A stretch of 50,686 nucleotides of DNA, from the IMG/VR virus record IMGVR_UViG_3300020336_000224, positions 1 to 50,686 of that record; one strand, written 5' to 3'. Source of the stretch: a virus. Taxonomy: Duplodnaviria; Caudoviricetes. This document shows positions 46,886-50,686 of this stretch, piece by piece. Each line of letters begins with the position of its first letter. Within the stretch, counting starts at the first letter, position 1. Made by a program: the position numbers and the translations under genes. The notes below the pieces were generated by a model. That model was not told the DNA's origin and did no database searches. It saw only the letters and a program-made list of their open reading frames with translations.

Positions 46886-47623
46886 TTATGTTTTTATTTT
46901 ATACTCAAAGCCCTTGTTTGTCAAGAACTTTATTATGTTATATTTAGGTAATATACCTAAATCCGTCATTCGTTTTGTATTTGCCTGTGTGTGTTGCCTT
47001 TCGTATGGGGTATTTAGACGAACTGGTAAGTGAGGTGCTAAAAAGCGGACTCTTATACTATGGCCAGTGCCTACATCCATTACGCCTTTTTCTCCATTAT
47101 TAAGACATCGAATGATAGTATCACAGACATCTTCAATATGGATATAATCACGTAAATGGTTCGTTGTATATGTTAACGTTCCATTTATAAGTTTATCCAA
47201 AAACATACCTTTACGTGGCTCCTCTGAATAAACTGTGTGAAATCTCATTCCTAAAGCATTTGAATGATCTAATGCAAGTTGTTCCATAACCCATTTACTA
47301 TTTGCATAAGGGTTAAGTTCAGGCTCATATGCTGAACTAGAACTTGCATATATTACTCTAGTGTTTTTAAATCTACTAAATATTTTTCTTGTTACTTCTA
47401 TGTTGTTGTACCAATAACTAGCAGGGTCTTCTAAACTTTCTCGTACACCACTTTTACCTGCTAAATGTATTACTGCATCAAACTTATCTTCAGCAAACAG
47501 TGTTTCTGTAAGTAAGTCATAGTCAGCTTTTATATCAACACCTATAACTTCGTGTTTTTCTTCTAGCCTTTTTTCAAGCCAGGATCCTATGTATCCTTTA
47601 TTTCCTGTTAGTAATATTTTCAT
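46886..47623 (-). CDS. NAD-dependent nucleotide-sugar epimerase/dehydratase
   Basis: TGNKGYIG, HLAG, YASSS, YANSK. Confidence 0.88.
   Translation of the reverse strand: MKILLTGNKGYIGSWLEKRLEEKHEVIGVDIKADYDLLTETLFAEDKFDAVIHLAGKSGVRESLEDPASYWYNNIEVTRKIFSRFKNTRVIYASSSSAYEPELNPYANSKWVMEQLALDHSNALGMRFHTVYSEEPRKGMFLDKLINGTLTYTTNHLRDYIHIEDVCDTIIRCLNNGEKGVMDVGTGHSIRVRFLAPHLPVRLNTPYERQHTQANTKRMTDLGILPKYNIIKFLTNKGFEYKIKT
46896..46924 (-). promoter_or_regulatory. Sigma70 promoter embedded in the 3' end of the epimerase gene
   Basis: TTGACA-N17-TAAAAT; TAAATA also at 46941-46946. Confidence 0.6.
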
Positions 47624-48353
47624 TGTATCTATCAATTTCTTCTAAAATACTTAAATTAGTATTATTGCGTAATCCTGTTTGTATAATAGCTTTTACATCT
47701 TTGGGAAAGCAGTGACCACCATAACCTCTTTCTTTTGTAACATTAGAATGGCTAAGCCCAATACGTGTATCATCAGTTATGCCTCTTTGTACAGTATGAA
47801 ACGGAATATTTAATTGTTCACATAAATCATGCACTTGATTAAAAAAAGATACTTTAGTTGCTAAAAAACTATTTCTAAAATATTTTATTAAAATTGCTTC
47901 TTTTGGAGAACATTGTTGATAATACATATTTTCATTTACATTTCTAAAAAAGTTAATCCAAAATTCAACAGGTTTGTATTCACCACCTAGTATCATCATT
48001 TTACTATCTTGTAAATCTACAAGAGCAGTGTTGGCACGTAAAAATTCAGGACTGAATACAATTGATCTATTAGGAAATGCATCTGTTAACATTTCCCAAC
48101 CTTCTACACTTATAGTACTTTTAATAAGTATAGGTACATCAGGTAACGCATCTATAGTAGTAAACACATTGTCCATTAAGCATGAACCATCTTTATAACT
48201 AGGAGTACTAACACATATAATTGCACAATCAATGTCTTTAGATATTTTATTATAACCTTTTGGTGGATCGTAAACTTCTATAGAGTATAAATCTTTAAGC
48301 CAATCATAGTGTGCTTGACCAACTGCTCCTAAACCACAAATACTAACTTTCAT
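47598..48353 (-). CDS. UDP-glucose/GDP-mannose dehydrogenase family protein (short, lacks C-terminal domain)
   Basis: GLGAVG, IKST, SPEFLR, KYFRNSFLATKVSF, GYGGHCFPKD. Confidence 0.88.
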   Translation of the reverse strand: MKVSICGLGAVGQAHYDWLKDLYSIEVYDPPKGYNKISKDIDCAIICVSTPSYKDGSCLMDNVFTTIDALPDVPILIKSTISVEGWEMLTDAFPNRSIVFSPEFLRANTALVDLQDSKMMILGGEYKPVEFWINFFRNVNENMYYQQCSPKEAILIKYFRNSFLATKVSFFNQVHDLCEQLNIPFHTVQRGITDDTRIGLSHSNVTKERGYGGHCFPKDVKAIIQTGLRNNTNLSILEEIDRYNENITNRK

Positions 48354-48756
48354 TTTTAGTTACCCTTTGTCTTAGATCACTAGAACTAAATCTGTGATCT
48401 CGTTTATTAAAAAATATTTCAACATCTCTTTTCCTACAGATATCTCTACCAGTAAACTCTTTGTCGCGATATTCTTCACCTAGTATACGAATGTGTATAG
48501 TATACAGACTCAAAATATCTTCTAGGTCTTGTTCAGAGCCATAAGGAATAATTTCATCTACATACCCTACTGCTTTTAGTTGAGTGTACCTTTCAATTAT
48601 TGTTTGCACAGGCGGATTTTTTTCTTTTCGATCTATGCTTGGATCAACCTGTAATCCGCAAATTAAATAATCGCATTGGTCCTTTGCTTCTCTTAGCATT
48701 TGCACATGACCTGCGTGTAGTAAATCAAATGCACTACATGTGAATCCTACTTTCAT
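48343..48756 (-). CDS. Cytidylyltransferase (TagD-like)
   Basis: FDLLHAGH, RDHRFSSS. Confidence 0.88.
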   Translation of the reverse strand: MKVGFTCSAFDLLHAGHVQMLREAKDQCDYLICGLQVDPSIDRKEKNPPVQTIIERYTQLKAVGYVDEIIPYGSEQDLEDILSLYTIHIRILGEEYRDKEFTGRDICRKRDVEIFFNKRDHRFSSSDLRQRVTKNES

Positions 48757-48759
48757 AGT

Positions 48760-48873
48760 CTACTCCTCGTAATAGCTTTCTGCTAAATTTCTTAGCACTG
48801 CAATTAATTCTTCAATAGTATTTAGGTCCTGAGTATTTTCAGTATCTATTTCTACTTCCATTTTAATTTTCAT
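48760..48873 (-). CDS. Small hypothetical protein
   Basis: GGAGG SD before ATG 48873. Confidence 0.5.
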   Translation of the reverse strand: MKIKMEVEIDTENTQDLNTIEELIAVLRNLAESYYEE

Positions 48874-48874
48874 C

Positions 48875-50686
48875 TTAACCTCCAAAATCAAACAAGCTAT
48901 TAAACGTATTGTGTTGCTTTGTATCTTGTAATGGATAGTTAAGAACACCAATTAAGTTGTCTAGCTTGTTGTCAATAATAGTTTCTGCCATTGCTGAATC
49001 GTCAAATGGCAATTCTTTAAACCACTCTGGTATACGTAGCTCGTCTGTTGGATAAGCAACACTAGTATATCCTAGCGGATTTTGTTTTAGTTTGCATACA
49101 ATAACTTTCATACCGTCTACAATCTCTTGCGAATACTTGTCACCATTCATGCGTTTGAGTGTATTCCAATTAATACTTGCTCTTACGTGTCCGGGCATGT
49201 TTGCTTTGCCTTGTTTTTCTTCAAGACGCTGATAGTGTCCAACTTTGTTTGCACGTTTGGGAGAACCTTTCTCCCAACCTGGACGTTCACTGAACTCTTG
49301 TCTAAATTGTGTAATACGTTCTAATATATCTTTTTGCGGAACATCTGTAAGTACCATAAGCAATAGTTGGCTAAGAAACTCTTGCATAAACACAGGAGTA
49401 TCTGATCTACGCAAGTCTAAGCCCATTGCTTTTACTTTACCTGGTTTGCCGTCTGTGTCGCTTCTAAAGCCTTCTACGTCATAAACTAATGCCGCATAAC
49501 GTTTTTTAGTAATAAACAATCCGCTCTCAGCAACAATTTCTCTACCTGCCGCAATAACGCTTGATCTACTCTTTGGACAATGAAATGCCTGCATCATGAA
49601 ACTTGGAAACGTTTCGTTTGCCGCTTCACAAACTTGTTCATAAAGTGTTATTACATTGTCTTTTGACCAAGGAATGCTACTTGCATCAATGTCTTTCTTA
49701 AGAGTTGGATATGCACTAAAGTAACAAGAGTCTGTATCACCGTATATCATTGCATCACCTACATGATCATATGTACCTGTAATAGTTTTGTTAACTTCTG
49801 CACTCATGTGTTTAACAATAGTTCTGCCTGTTAGTGTTGTTGACTGTCCAATACGTTTGTCAAAGAATCTACAACCAGGATTAAGAATAGCACCATACAA
49901 ACTGTTCAAGTTAATTTTTTTAACTAGCTGTCGCTTGTCCCAATACTCAATTTCAATTGCATTGCCGGCGTCTTTTGCTTTTTTAAGTTGTGCTTGTAGT
50001 TCTTGCCTTTCAGTATACCAACGGGCTAGAATACCTGGAATAACACCTTCAAATTCTGTTGTAAAGATAGTTCCGTTTGAACTGAGCATCCAAGGTTGGT
50101 TATTATCAAAAATTAGTTTATATATTTCTGCACCACTTAGTACTTCTGTCTGTCCGTTTTCAAAATCTATAGTTAGTGCAATGTCTTTACGTTTCTCCAT
50201 GACTGCTTCATACTCTTCTGTTGAAAAGCGACCTTCCCAACTACCTGCAAATGACTTCTTTTTAAGCGTCATATCTTCATGCACACGGGCTTCACTAATG
50301 TCTGGACGTATTTGGCCTATAACAGTTTCAGGAGCCATATTAAGAGCTCTAATAACACTAGGATATAGACTGTTTAAGTCCATTGACCCAATCCATTTGT
50401 GCAATCCCTTCTTAGGAAATGCTACATATGCGCCAGCGGCTTGTGTGTTTACTGTGTCGTCACGTCTAGGTCTGTTAGGAACTTGTAGTCCTCTGTGATG
50501 TGCTTCATTAACAATCGCTTGTTCTGTAACTGCAACTGCACCCATTGTAGTCTGTAGCAAAACAGTATTTGCGTGTGCAAGTTCGTTACTTAGATCAATA
50601 AATCTTAGCTTTTTGTCCAGCTTGTCCAGTAGTGCGGTATCTTGTATGTTGTATTCGATGAACTTTCTAAAGTCATTGTTGTACAA
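48875..50686 (-). CDS. Family B DNA polymerase (gp43-like), 5' part outside window
   Basis: DLNSLYPS, KKINLNSLYG, YGDTDS, KKRY; YNIQD ExoIII. Confidence 0.96.
   Translation of the reverse strand: MYNNDFRKFIEYNIQDTALLDKLDKKLRFIDLSNELAHANTVLLQTTMGAVAVTEQAIVNEAHHRGLQVPNRPRRDDTVNTQAAGAYVAFPKKGLHKWIGSMDLNSLYPSVIRALNMAPETVIGQIRPDISEARVHEDMTLKKKSFAGSWEGRFSTEEYEAVMEKRKDIALTIDFENGQTEVLSGAEIYKLIFDNNQPWMLSSNGTIFTTEFEGVIPGILARWYTERQELQAQLKKAKDAGNAIEIEYWDKRQLVKKINLNSLYGAILNPGCRFFDKRIGQSTTLTGRTIVKHMSAEVNKTITGTYDHVGDAMIYGDTDSCYFSAYPTLKKDIDASSIPWSKDNVITLYEQVCEAANETFPSFMMQAFHCPKSRSSVIAAGREIVAESGLFITKKRYAALVYDVEGFRSDTDGKPGKVKAMGLDLRRSDTPVFMQEFLSQLLLMVLTDVPQKDILERITQFRQEFSERPGWEKGSPKRANKVGHYQRLEEKQGKANMPGHVRASINWNTLKRMNGDKYSQEIVDGMKVIVCKLKQNPLGYTSVAYPTDELRIPEWFKELPFDDSAMAETIIDNKLDNLIGVLNYPLQDTKQHNTFNSLFDFGG

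Noticed and set aside
49788-50498. 236-aa plus-strand ORF
   Set aside because: Antisense shadow of the DNA polymerase gene; no motifs or SD
1-50686. tRNA genes, CRISPR arrays, introns/inteins, transposases
   Set aside because: Intergenic gaps are short (about 100 bp or less) with no cloverleaf or repeat-spacer pattern seen; visible polymerase part is uninterrupted
1-50686. Cellular (bacterial) origin of the window
   Set aside because: T4-like polB, RNase H, fibre gene, late-type promoters and absence of housekeeping operons point to a phage

Overview
AT-rich, gene-dense fragment of a large T4-related dsDNA (jumbo-type) bacteriophage, probably aquatic. Left part (1-29.2 kb): a very large tailoring-enzyme island with 8 radical SAM/twitch proteins, about 13 Fe(II)/2OG-type oxygenase paralogues, an StrB1-like amidinotransferase, a PLP enzyme, SDRs, a sugar epimerase, a methyltransferase, a GNAT, glycosyltransferase-like proteins, two kinase-fold proteins and an alternative oxidase. 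One oxygenase carries the halogenase-type HxG motif. Several of its transcription units start at back-to-back T4-late-like TAAATA elements placed exactly 5 nt before SD-less ATGs, and the island abuts a tail-fibre-like gene. Right part (29.2-50.7 kb, all minus strand): core phage genes (MoxR/VWA pair, RNase H, putative sliding clamp, family B DNA polymerase) with near-consensus sigma70 promoters, a 7-deazaguanine DNA-modification locus (folE, queD-like, queE, TGT/DpdA-like) interleaved with a glycosyltransferase, PRTase and HIT protein, and a nucleotide-sugar cassette. All calls rest on motifs read by eye; no database searches were run.
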